Shown: positions 43,406 to 52,877 of the stretch, one piece after another
Numbering within the stretch: the first letter of the stretch is position 1
How the letters are laid out: each line of letters opens with the position of its first letter
Sequence record: ON529851.1
Length of the DNA: 64,000 bases
Reading direction: 5' to 3' (one strand)
Translations under genes and position numbers: made by a program
The notes under the pieces: generated by a model
The model's input: only the letters and a program-made list of their open reading frames with translations
Databases searched by the model: none
What the model was told of the DNA's origin: nothing

Positions 43406-44770
43406 TCAAACAAGGATTTTGAGGGTTTCGGCCGCACGGGTGATGCCGGTGTAGAGGTGCTTGTCGGCGTCCTCGCGGAAGCAGCCCGACTCGTCGATGA
43501 GCACGACATGGTCCGACTGCGAGCCCTGGAAGTTGTGCACCGTCAGCGCATAGGCCCAGTCGAGTTGGATCAGACGCTGCTTGGCGCGGTAGGCCGAGCG
43601 GCTGTCGGTCGAGAAGGAGTTCTTCTTGGTCGTGTAGTGCTCTTCGAACAGACCCTGGAACACGGCCTTGTCCATGTATTGCGCGCCGTCCTCGTCCTCG
43701 AAGGACATGCGGCAGGCGTTCTGGCCCGGCGAGAGGTTGACCTGCTCCGACAGGCAGGTCGCCAGGGCGCCGTTGACCAGCGCCGGGTGCTCCTTGGAGT
43801 TCTTGCGCACGATCAGCGGCTCGCCGCCGACCGGTCCCGAGGCCAGGCCTTCGCGATACATCCGCGTGATGCGCCAGCGCGTCCGGTTCGTGCCGCACAG
43901 CACCTGGGGCACCTCGACGTCGAGGCCCTGACGCCGCTCCGCCGCCGCCTGGATGGCGCTCTCGGGGTCATAGTCGCGGCGGCTCATGACCTCGGCGCGC
44001 ACGACGCCCGAGGAATCCTTGAACTGCCCCATCGGCAGGTCCTTGCCCTGACGGGCCAGGGTGGCAAGCTGGATGATGGGGTTGTCGGCGGCCTGGCGGT
44101 GGATTTCGGTCAGGAAGAAATCGGGGTCGCCCGCCGTCAGACCGGGCTTGTCGCCGACCGGCGGAAGCTGGCCCGGATCACCCATGGCGATGATCGGCAC
44201 CTTGAACGACATCAGGTCACGCGTCATCTGGAGGCCGACCATGGAGGCCTCGTCGACGACGATCACCTTCTTGTTGGCGATCGCGCTGTCGCCGTTCAGT
44301 TGGAAGTTGATGCGGTCCTCGACGTAGCAGTTCTCCAGATCGGCTTCGAGACGCCGGATCGTGGCCTGGACCTTGACGATCTCGGCGTGGGCGCCGCCCG
44401 ACTTCAACAGGGCGTCGCGCGCGACCTGGGCGGCGTACAGTTCGTTCTCCAACTGACCCACGGGCGCCGGCTTGGCGCGGTAGATCGCCGAGTGAATCGT
44501 CGAGGCGAACGGCAGGGCGAACTTCTGCGCCTTCAGCTTGGCGCTCATGATCTTGGCGGCCTTGCCGGTCGGCGCGCAGAAGCCGATCTCTTCCGGGCTG
44601 AAGCCCAGATCGTCCAGGATGAAGGGCAGGATGGTCGACTTACCGGTGCCCGCGAAGCCGCCGATGTAGGTGACTTCCTCCGGGTACTCGCCTTTCAGGC
44701 GGGCCGTGACGACGCGCACGGCGTCGCCCTGGTGTTCGGTAAGGGTGGTCATATCCGAAAGGTGCGCCAA
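43406..44770 (-). CDS. RecD/Dda-like SF1B helicase
   Basis: GFAGTGKS, DEASMV, GDPGQLPPV, YALTVHNFQGS, LYTGITRA. Confidence 0.9.
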   Translation of the reverse strand: MAHLSDMTTLTEHQGDAVRVVTARLKGEYPEEVTYIGGFAGTGKSTILPFILDDLGFSPEEIGFCAPTGKAAKIMSAKLKAQKFALPFASTIHSAIYRAKPAPVGQLENELYAAQVARDALLKSGGAHAEIVKVQATIRRLEADLENCYVEDRINFQLNGDSAIANKKVIVVDEASMVGLQMTRDLMSFKVPIIAMGDPGQLPPVGDKPGLTAGDPDFFLTEIHRQAADNPIIQLATLARQGKDLPMGQFKDSSGVVRAEVMSRRDYDPESAIQAAAERRQGLDVEVPQVLCGTNRTRWRITRMYREGLASGPVGGEPLIVRKNSKEHPALVNGALATCLSEQVNLSPGQNACRMSFEDEDGAQYMDKAVFQGLFEEHYTTKKNSFSTDSRSAYRAKQRLIQLDWAYALTVHNFQGSQSDHVVLIDESGCFREDADKHLYTGITRAAETLKILV

Positions 44771-44924
44771 GGGGCCTTGGACGGGATCACACTGCGGGAG
44801 GTCGGCGGCCGTTCAGGCGCACGCACGCTCCCCCAGTCGAGCCGACTGAGAGCGATGAAGAGGAAACGGGTGGGAGGGGAAGCGCCCCGCCCGGCGAACC
44901 GGGCGGGGCCTTCAGTCGCGTCGC

Positions 44925-45758
44925 TTAGAAGCGACGGCCACGGCCGGCGGGGGCCGCAGCGGGAGCCGCCTGCTCCTGGGTTTCAGCCGGAGCGGCGTTG
45001 GCCGAGCGGGGGGTGCCCGCCGAGGCCGGCGCGTCGCGGCGTCCGCCACGCTTGGGGGCTTCGGCGGCCGGTTCCGGCGTGGGTTCCGGAGCCGGCAGCG
45101 CCGCCTGCTGAGCCGCCGGTTCGTCAGCGACGTAGTCGTCGGCGTTGGAGCCTTCGCCTTCCTTGTAGCCGGCGAACTCGTCCTGGGTGATCCAGCCCTT
45201 GATCACGAACTTCGGCGCGTGCTTCTTGACCTTGCGGCCGCCGTCGCGGGGCTTGGCCTCGAACTCGTTGGCGCCGAGTTCGATGACCGGCACCATGCCG
45301 GGGTTGCTCTTGAACTGACGCGCGAAGTCTTTCATGACCGCTTCCAGCGCGTTCATCTTCGAGCGGTTGTTCGCCTGGAACAGCAGGGCCGGGGCGTCGC
45401 CTTCGATCGGCACGAACTCGATCGTCTTCTGCTCCGACCAGCCGTCGTCCTGGCCGTAGGGGCCATAGTCGGGCAGCAGGTGCTTCTGCGGCGGCACGCC
45501 CTCTTCGAGGGTCATCATGATCTCTTCCTGGACCTTGCCGTCCTTCCAGCAAATCCAGCCGCGCTTCAGCGTGCGCGGGTCCATCGCCGCCTGGGTGCCG
45601 ATCTCCAGATCGGTGTCATCGGCGCCGTAGCTGTAATAGCCGTCGTTGCCGTTGAACTTCAGGAAGGCCGATCCGCCGCCACCGCCACGGTAGCTTTGGG
45701 CTTCGGCCGCGAGGGCGGCGTAATAGTCGTCCGTGGACGTAACGAGAGCGTTGCTCAT
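44925..45758 (-). CDS. putative ssDNA-binding/annealing protein
   Basis: FLKFNGNDG beta-rich core with low-complexity acidic tail; lies between helicase and exonuclease. Confidence 0.55.
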   Translation of the reverse strand: MSNALVTSTDDYYAALAAEAQSYRGGGGGSAFLKFNGNDGYYSYGADDTDLEIGTQAAMDPRTLKRGWICWKDGKVQEEIMMTLEEGVPPQKHLLPDYGPYGQDDGWSEQKTIEFVPIEGDAPALLFQANNRSKMNALEAVMKDFARQFKSNPGMVPVIELGANEFEAKPRDGGRKVKKHAPKFVIKGWITQDEFAGYKEGEGSNADDYVADEPAAQQAALPAPEPTPEPAAEAPKRGGRRDAPASAGTPRSANAAPAETQEQAAPAAAPAGRGRRF

Positions 45759-45810
45759 CTTCTTCTACTTCTAATTCTAAGACTAAGTCTAAGGTTGGGG
45801 GTTATCCCGC

Positions 45811-45855
45811 CCGACTACGCGCCGGGCGGGAGTTGTCCTTCCGACTACGCGCCGG
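45811..45855. repeat. 15-bp direct repeat CCGACTACGCGCCGG x2
   Basis: exact copies at 45811-45825 and 45841-45855 upstream of the SSB-like gene. Confidence 0.8.
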
Positions 45856-45963
45856 ATGGACGGGGTCTTTCGTCAGACCGCTTTGCGTTTATTTGTTATT
45901 GTCGAGAGGTGGCTTCGACGAATATAGTCTTAGCACAAATCTCATCTTGGCGGAAGTAAAACG

Positions 45964-47061
45964 CTACTCCTCGTCAGAGATTTTTGGACCCTTTTCCTTA
46001 ATGGTCAGACGATCATGACCTTCGGACGTCTTGGTGAAATCTTCCACCGGAAGCCCTGCGGCCCGCATGGCTTCAACGTCGTAGGTCTTCCTGCCCTTCA
46101 TCCAGGAGAGGGAAACCTTCGCCAGACCGGGCACCTCGGCCCGACGAACTCCAACGTCGCGGAACCAGGCCTTAAGTCTCTCTGAGGCTGACCTGTATGC
46201 CGCTTCCGAGGTCTTGCGCGCTGCGGACGCCGCCCGCTCTTCGCGCAAGATGTCCTCGAATTCCTTCATGATCGGCAGCGCCATGTTGCTGGCGTTCGCC
46301 TCGCCCGACGTGGGGGTCGACAGCCGCGACGCCTTGGCGCATGCCTGGGTGAACTTGCAGTAGGTGCAGCCGCCGTCGACCTTGCCCTCGGGGTAGACCT
46401 GACCGACATCCTTGATCTTGTAGACAGACCGAGCGCGCTCCTTGGCGATGTCGTATTCGATCTGATCGAACGGGATCACGAACACTTCGATGTCGTCGAA
46501 GAAGGAGGCGTCGATATAGACGATGACCGCGTAGTTGGGCTTGTAGTCTGTCGTCTCGCGAATCGTTCCCATCTGCACCTGGGTCTGGCCCCGGTGAATG
46601 CTTTTCTCTTCCTTCAGATTCACCCGAGGGTCGATCGACTTGATCTCGAAGTTGAAGCAGCCGGAGCCGCCGAGACTGGGGATGCCGTAGACCGCCAGGG
46701 CGTCGTCGTCGGCGTCGATCACCAGACCGTCGGGCGTGGCGGTCAGGGGCGCGTCGGCCGCCTTGAACGTCTGCTGGTCGTCGCCGCCCCAGATCAGGCG
46801 CGTGTCCCAGAAGTGGTTCTCCAGGAACCACTTGACGGCGGGCTCGGCGAAATGCTGCTCGATCAGGTCGCCGCGTTGCAGGGCGCCCCAGCTTTCGACA
46901 TAGTCCTTGTCGACCTCGCCGCCGTGTTTGGCGAACCACGTCTTGCGCAGGCAGCCGAACGCCTCGGACGCGCCGACCGTCTTGGAGCGGTCGTGCGCCC
47001 AGACCTTCTGGTGGCCTTTGACCCAGGTGTCGTAGGCTTCCTTGAAGTCAATTGCTGCCAT
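45964..47061 (-). CDS. Cas4-like PD-(D/E)XK exonuclease with Fe-S cysteines
   Basis: GCLRK, ATPDG, FEIKS, Q.Q..M, CTYCKFTQAC. Confidence 0.85.
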   Translation of the reverse strand: MAAIDFKEAYDTWVKGHQKVWAHDRSKTVGASEAFGCLRKTWFAKHGGEVDKDYVESWGALQRGDLIEQHFAEPAVKWFLENHFWDTRLIWGGDDQQTFKAADAPLTATPDGLVIDADDDALAVYGIPSLGGSGCFNFEIKSIDPRVNLKEEKSIHRGQTQVQMGTIRETTDYKPNYAVIVYIDASFFDDIEVFVIPFDQIEYDIAKERARSVYKIKDVGQVYPEGKVDGGCTYCKFTQACAKASRLSTPTSGEANASNMALPIMKEFEDILREERAASAARKTSEAAYRSASERLKAWFRDVGVRRAEVPGLAKVSLSWMKGRKTYDVEAMRAAGLPVEDFTKTSEGHDRLTIKEKGPKISDEE

Positions 47062-47198
47062 TACGGATTTCGTGACTCATTCAAACCGGCGCGGCGCCGG
47101 ACGTGTTGGGCGGGTCGCCGGGCATGAAGAGCGCGACGAGCAAAAGCAGGAGGGCCAGGGCTTCCATCAGTCCGGCAAGGCCCGGTGCAGGGCCTCGG

Positions 47199-47813
47199 TC
47201 ATGCCGCCGCCTCGGCCTTGGCGGCGCGTTCGGCCGCCAGGTGGTCCTGGATGAACCAGAAGAGGTCGCGGCAGTCGATGACGTCGCCGATCGCCTGGTG
47301 CGCCGAGGTCGGTTCGCGGTGCAGCAGCTTGCGCACCGCGTCTTCCAGCTTGGGCCAGGCGTAGCCCTGGTAGCCGTTCTTGTTGGGGAACTTGCAGATC
47401 GGGATGCCGGTCTGCATGGTGCAGAACTGATTCTTACCCTGGAAGACGTCGAGCGACGAATTGCCCGACAACAGCCGAGCGGCGTTGTTGATGATGTTGA
47501 CGTCGAACTCGATGTTGTGCGCCACCACCACGTCCGCGACCGCGACCATGTCGCAGAACACGTCCAGAACCGGGCCTTCCGTCAGACCGATCGCCCGAGA
47601 CACCGCCGTGGTCGTGCCGTGCACATTGGACGAAGCGAGCGGGATCGGCTGGTCGCGATAGACGATCATGTCCATACGCATGAGTTCGGCGCGCGTCTCG
47701 CTGTCCTGGAGGATGGCGGCGATCTGGACGATGCGCGGCTGGTCCTGATGACCGCACGCCATGCGCTTGTTCCACAGACCGGTGGTTTCGGTGTCGAAGA
47801 AGAGCAGGTTCAC
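47199..47813 (-). CDS. DEDDh 3'-5' exonuclease (DnaQ-like)
   Basis: FDTETTG, AHNIEFD, AHQAIGD. Confidence 0.9.
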   Translation of the reverse strand: MNLLFFDTETTGLWNKRMACGHQDQPRIVQIAAILQDSETRAELMRMDMIVYRDQPIPLASSNVHGTTTAVSRAIGLTEGPVLDVFCDMVAVADVVVAHNIEFDVNIINNAARLLSGNSSLDVFQGKNQFCTMQTGIPICKFPNKNGYQGYAWPKLEDAVRKLLHREPTSAHQAIGDVIDCRDLFWFIQDHLAAERAAKAEAAA

Positions 47814-47814
47814 G

Positions 47815-48321
47815 TCACGCGTCTCCCGAGGGCTTCGGGTTCTTCAGGGCGTCGAGCCGCTCCTTGAGGAAGTCGGACATATAGGCGACAGACCCCTCGG
47901 GCGCGGGGCGCTCCGCCGGCTGGGCGGCGCGATTCTCGGCGACCATCTGGTCTTGCGCCGCCGCCATGGCGTTGGCCTGAGCCTGGGCGTAGGCCGCCAG
48001 GGTCGTCAGGACGTGCGCGACGATCAGGGTATAGCCTTCAAACGCACCGCGCGTGCGGGCGGCGACCAGATGGTTGATCAACGCCCAGGCGGCGTTGAAG
48101 ACGAACCAGCCGACCGCCGCCAGCCAGGTGATCCGATACAGCCCCGCCGTCGGGGCGCCGATGAAGCCGGGCGCCAAAGCATGGCCGACGGTGAAGAACA
48201 GCGTCAGCCCGCCGGTGATCAGCAGCAGCAGCGTCGTCAGCGCGCGGAAGCCTGCCGCATCGGCGGCGGGCTGGTAGGGCGCCGGTTTCGGCGGGGTGTT
48301 CGGGGGAGTGTCGGGGGACAT
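47815..48321 (-). CDS. membrane protein (3 TM)
   Basis: three hydrophobic segments; GAG RBS. Confidence 0.65.
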   Translation of the reverse strand: MSPDTPPNTPPKPAPYQPAADAAGFRALTTLLLLITGGLTLFFTVGHALAPGFIGAPTAGLYRITWLAAVGWFVFNAAWALINHLVAARTRGAFEGYTLIVAHVLTTLAAYAQAQANAMAAAQDQMVAENRAAQPAERPAPEGSVAYMSDFLKERLDALKNPKPSGDA

Positions 48322-48412
48322 CGGGGCGTCTCGCTCTTGAGGGACCTTGTTAACCATATTGGCGGTGAATGTCAACATTCCCGGCAGTGATCCGCCGGAA
48401 AATGTGACTCCA

Positions 48413-50896
48413 TCAGTGCGTTTCCGACCAGCGGCGGCCGAACTTGGTGTCCACGTCGACCGGCAGGCGGAAACCGAACCCGGCGCCGGCGTCGTAGGCC
48501 GCGTCCTTGATGTTTTTCTCGCAGATCGCCATGATCCGGGCGTCATCGCGGACCGCCACCTGGAGTTCGTCGTGAATCCAGGCCACGATGGCGAAGTCGC
48601 CGTCCCAACCGTGTTTCAGGCCGTCTTCCAGGCAGTATTCGTGGAAGTTCACGCACCACTGCTTGGCGATCGTCGCGCCGGCGCCCTGGAGCAGGGTGTT
48701 CAGCGCGGCGTGCTGCGCCCGCACGAACAGGCGGCGCCCGTCCATCGCATCCAGCATGCCGGACTTGGCCTGCTTCTGGATGTTCTTGACCACCATGCCC
48801 AGAGCGGGAATGCGGGTCATCAGACGGCGGCGCATTTCGGCCCCGACCTTCTTGGCCTCGGTCGGCCGCAGCGCCAGCGCCGGGTCGATGACCGTGCCCA
48901 GCTTGAAGTCCTGGGCGCCGTAGATGAGGGCGTAGATGAAGGTCTTGGCGGTGTCGCGGTTGTTCAGTTCGAGCGCGGCCGTGTGCAGGTCGTGCGGGTC
49001 GGATTCGACCACCAGGCGGCCGTAGACGCCGTCGTCGAACTCGGCCATGAAGTGACCCAGGGCGCGCAGTTCGATGCCCTTCTGGTCGGAACCCATGAGA
49101 ATCCAGCCCTGGGGCACGATGAAGAGGTCGCGGCAGTTCCAGCCGTGATCGCCCGGACGGCCCTTCAGCATCTGCTTCTTGGTCAGGACCTTCTGACCCT
49201 CATCCAGCAGATACCAGCCGTCGCGGCCCTCGATCGCCTCGACCCGGACGAACTCGCCCTTCTCGTTGACGTAGCCGTTCAGGCCGTCGCGCACGATGAC
49301 GTCGAGCGGCGAACCGTCCTTCATCTTGGCCTTGGCGGGGTTGCCCTCAAGCTGTTTGCCGGTCAGCGGATCAAGCAGCGGCGTCAGGTCGGCGCGGTGC
49401 TCGAAGACCTGCTTGTCGTCAGGACCGTCGACCCAGTAGCCGTAGATGATCTTGCCCTTCTGGAAGTCGATGCCGACCCCCGGCTCCAGCCACTGCTTCA
49501 GCTTCTTGAAGACGACGCGCGGGACCTGGGCGATGTTCGGATTGGCGTGCGAGGCGCGGTTGGTCACCGTCCCCCCGACGTTGAACGTCGGGTGGATGCG
49601 ACCGTCGCCGCGCTCCATCGCCTTGCCGATCCAGCCGTTCTTGCCGTCGACAAGCTGGCCGAGCCGCTTGTTGTAGTAGAACAGTTCGGCCAGTTCGTCG
49701 CAGATCGGGATCGTCTGGGCGAGGTCGCGCAGGATTTCGTCGTTGACGGCGATGCCGCCGGCCTCCGTCTTGTCGCGGTCGTCGTGGTCCCAGCCGTAGA
49801 CCTTTTCCAGGCGCTCGATGATCTGCGGGCGCGAGCCGGGGTTGAACTCCTTCAGTTCCACCGGGCAGTAGGCGCAGCCTTCCATCCGGTCCGGCTTGCC
49901 CGAGCCCGGCTTGAACTTCATCGTCTTCTTGGGAACCGTGATGTCGCCCCAGTTGGAGCGACCCAGGTCTTCGCCGTGCTCGGTGCGCGGCTTGTAGGCG
50001 ATCTTGGTCTTCTTGATCTTGCCGTTGTCGTCCAGCAAGGGCTTGCCGGTCTCGGGGTCGAGCATCTCGACCGTGTATTCCTTGCCGATCGTCTTCCACT
50101 TGGACGGCACCCACCATTCGCCGAAGTGCGCGATCGCCTTGCGCTCCTTCTCCTCGACGACGGCGCGCAGTTCCGCTTCCAGGGCGCGCGCGGCCTCCAT
50201 GTCGAAGGGGAAGCCGTTGTTGGTGACTTCCTCCATCAGGGCGTGGACCCGATGCTCCAGCGTGATCGACTGTTCGGAGTGACGACGCGGGTCGACCTCC
50301 ATCAGGCGCCACAGGGCCTCGTTGACGTTCAAGTCCTGAACGCAGTAATCCTCCATCTCCTGGCTCCATTCGGACCAGACGAGACGGATCAGTTCTTCCT
50401 TGGGATAGTCCGGGTAGAGGGACTTGTAGTAGGCCTGCTTGGTCTTGGCGTAGTCGCCCTTGGGGAAGCCCAAGCGCTGGCCCCAGGCCTCCAGGCCGTG
50501 TCGGCCGATCTGGGCGCCTTCGATCTCGTCGCGCTTGAAGCGGCGGAAGTCGCGCTCTTTCTCGTCCGCGTAGAAGATGCGGCTGAGCACCATGGTGTCG
50601 CGCACCAGGGCGTTGCACTGGAACTGCGGGTAGAGCAGTTCGATCGCGGGAATATCGAAGCCGACGATGTTGTGCCCGACGAGCAGATCAGCCTCGGCCA
50701 GCATCGCCACGCCGCGCGCGATCTGGTCCGTCCGCTTGTTCTTGCGGAAGACGTGCGTCTGACGCGTGGTCAGATCGCGGATCGCGAGGATGTGGATACG
50801 GCTCTTGACGTCGTCGCCCTTGTGGGCGGTCAGATAGGGCAGCAGGCCCGTCGTTTCGATGTCGAAGAGGTACTGCTTACCGGGGGGCAGTTGCAT
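48413..50896 (-). CDS. polA: family A (T7-like) DNA polymerase
   Basis: FDIET, GHNIVGFD, YCVQD; GSDQKGIELR, RDTAKTFIYALIYG, NTLLQGAG, IHDE. Confidence 0.96.
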   Translation of the reverse strand: MQLPPGKQYLFDIETTGLLPYLTAHKGDDVKSRIHILAIRDLTTRQTHVFRKNKRTDQIARGVAMLAEADLLVGHNIVGFDIPAIELLYPQFQCNALVRDTMVLSRIFYADEKERDFRRFKRDEIEGAQIGRHGLEAWGQRLGFPKGDYAKTKQAYYKSLYPDYPKEELIRLVWSEWSQEMEDYCVQDLNVNEALWRLMEVDPRRHSEQSITLEHRVHALMEEVTNNGFPFDMEAARALEAELRAVVEEKERKAIAHFGEWWVPSKWKTIGKEYTVEMLDPETGKPLLDDNGKIKKTKIAYKPRTEHGEDLGRSNWGDITVPKKTMKFKPGSGKPDRMEGCAYCPVELKEFNPGSRPQIIERLEKVYGWDHDDRDKTEAGGIAVNDEILRDLAQTIPICDELAELFYYNKRLGQLVDGKNGWIGKAMERGDGRIHPTFNVGGTVTNRASHANPNIAQVPRVVFKKLKQWLEPGVGIDFQKGKIIYGYWVDGPDDKQVFEHRADLTPLLDPLTGKQLEGNPAKAKMKDGSPLDVIVRDGLNGYVNEKGEFVRVEAIEGRDGWYLLDEGQKVLTKKQMLKGRPGDHGWNCRDLFIVPQGWILMGSDQKGIELRALGHFMAEFDDGVYGRLVVESDPHDLHTAALELNNRDTAKTFIYALIYGAQDFKLGTVIDPALALRPTEAKKVGAEMRRRLMTRIPALGMVVKNIQKQAKSGMLDAMDGRRLFVRAQHAALNTLLQGAGATIAKQWCVNFHEYCLEDGLKHGWDGDFAIVAWIHDELQVAVRDDARIMAICEKNIKDAAYDAGAGFGFRLPVDVDTKFGRRWSETH

Positions 50897-51031
50897 CAGA
50901 AGTGACCAGTTGGCGCAGGTCCCCGGCCGTGAGCGGGCCGGGGCTGAGCAGTTGTTGGATCAGGGCGGCGGACAAGCCCTCCGCCCTCAGAATCGTCGCG
51001 GGGTCGCGGGACATCAGCAGCGGCGGAGGAG

Positions 51032-52039
51032 TCACGCTGCTTCGCGTTTCATGACTCCATCCAGACGTTCGCCGAGCCAGCGGACGACCGGAACGGCCAG
51101 GGAGTTGCCGATGGCGGTGCGGCGCGCCGTCACCGAGGCGCCGGGGATGTCGGTGTAGCCGTCCGGCATCCCTTGCAGGCGCTCGTACTCCACCGGGGTC
51201 AGGGCGCGCACGACCCAACGCCCTTCGTGCTGGGTCAGGACCTGGGCGACGGAGCCGCCGCCGGCGGCCGTGCGCAGGCAGTTGGACACTTCGTCGCCTT
51301 GCTCGATCTGCTGGGCCTTGACGCCCTTCAGGACGCGTCCCCGGATGGCGATGCGATAGGCAGGGGCGACAGCGCCTCCAGCAGTTCCGGCGACAGCGTC
51401 CGTCCCGCCGCCCGCGCGTTCGCCAGCAAGGTCGCCTTGCGGTCCTCGCTCAAAAAGAACGTCGCGGGGATCGATTCCGCCCCGAGGACACGCGACAACG
51501 TAGACGCGCTCGCGTTGTTGGGGCAGGCCGAAGTGTTGTGCGTCCAGGACTCGCCAAGCAATGGCCCGTTTGGGGCCAAGCACATAACCAGAGTTCGTCC
51601 ACCGATCCCCTGACGGGACGAGGTTCCCAAACTCTCCGGCCAGGGCTCCGAGGAATTGTCCAAAGGCGTTGCAGTCATCGGTAAGCAGTCCGGGCACGTT
51701 TTCGAAGAAGAAGACATCAGGATCGATCTCGTCGATCAGCTTGATGCCAGCGAGGGTGAGGAAGCCGCGACCGCCGTCGACGCCGGCCTTCTTGCCGGCT
51801 TCGGAGAAGTCCTGGCAGGGGAAGGAGGCCCAGAGGATGTTGACGGCCTTGCGGAAGGCTTCGCCGTCGATCGTCAGCAGGTTGCCCAGGTTCGGCGTTT
51901 CGCCGTAGCGGTGATGCAGGAAACGGGTGGGGAAGGCGGCGTTGTCGGCGAAAAAGACCGGCGTCAGCTTGAGGTCCTTCCACGCCAGCGAGACGGCTTC
52001 AATGCCGGAGCAGAGGGTGGCGAAGGTGCGTTGGGTCAT
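51032..52039 (-). CDS. C5-cytosine DNA methyltransferase
   Basis: LCSGIEA, FPCQDFS, ENVPG, PQQRERVY, TPVEYERLQG, IGNS. Confidence 0.93.
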   Translation of the reverse strand: MTQRTFATLCSGIEAVSLAWKDLKLTPVFFADNAAFPTRFLHHRYGETPNLGNLLTIDGEAFRKAVNILWASFPCQDFSEAGKKAGVDGGRGFLTLAGIKLIDEIDPDVFFFENVPGLLTDDCNAFGQFLGALAGEFGNLVPSGDRWTNSGYVLGPKRAIAWRVLDAQHFGLPQQRERVYVVACPRGGIDPRDVLFERGPQGDLAGERAGGGTDAVAGTAGGAVAPAYRIAIRGRVLKGVKAQQIEQGDEVSNCLRTAAGGGSVAQVLTQHEGRWVVRALTPVEYERLQGMPDGYTDIPGASVTARRTAIGNSLAVPVVRWLGERLDGVMKREAA

Positions 52040-52100
52040 GGGTCCGGTATGGTTAACGAATGCCGTGGATGGAGTCAAGGATTGACGGGAAAGCTGACAA

Positions 52101-52877
52101 TCACTCCACCTGACCCGGCCAGACCCGGTCCGCCAGGCGCAGCAAGGCGCCGATGACCAGCTTCTTGTCCTTGCCGTTGACGAAGGGGCTCATCGTCTCG
52201 GGCCAGCGCGGGGGCAGGCCCATGAAGGGCAGGGTGCGCTCGGCCGCCGCGAACTCCGAGGCGGCGAAGCCGGCGACCTGGTGGAGGCCGACGGCGTAGG
52301 AGTGCAGGCCGTAAAGCTTCTCGTTGTCCCCGTCGTGGTAGCCCATGCCGAGGCGGATTTTCTCGATCTCGCTGTCGTAGGCCATCCAGCAGAAGCGGCC
52401 GTCGGGCAGGTCCAGATGCTGGGTGTCCCAGTCGAGCGGATGCCCGAAGGCGTCGATGCGGCACCGGTCGACCGCCTGGGCGAAGGGCGCCAGGCGGCCG
52501 ATCGCCTTGATGGTCGCAACCAGCGGCATGAACCGCCCCGCCGACAGTTCCAGGCAGGGGGTCCGGTCCAGCAGGGCGCGGTATTCCGCCACCGTCTGGC
52601 CGGCGCTCGACAGCGGATGGCGCTTGCCTTCGACCTGCTCACGCAGCAGCAGGCCGTCGACGGGATCGCGCGACGCCAGCCAGTCCACGAAGGCCGAGAC
52701 GTGGTATTCGTGCACCTGCGGCCCCAGGATATGGGCGCGCTGGAGTTCGTTGACCGATTCCATGCCGAAGCCGATGTGCAGGCTGTTGTTCTCGTCCTGA
52801 TGCAGGGCGTAGAGGAACAGCCGGCTCGCGCCGGTGGCCTTCAAAGGCGTGCGTTCATAGGCGTTGAGGAGGCTCAC
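52101..52877 (-). CDS. hypothetical protein
   Basis: GTGA overlap; high GC3. Confidence 0.65.
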   Translation of the reverse strand: MSLLNAYERTPLKATGASRLFLYALHQDENNSLHIGFGMESVNELQRAHILGPQVHEYHVSAFVDWLASRDPVDGLLLREQVEGKRHPLSSAGQTVAEYRALLDRTPCLELSAGRFMPLVATIKAIGRLAPFAQAVDRCRIDAFGHPLDWDTQHLDLPDGRFCWMAYDSEIEKIRLGMGYHDGDNEKLYGLHSYAVGLHQVAGFAASEFAAAERTLPFMGLPPRWPETMSPFVNGKDKKLVIGALLRLADRVWPGQVE

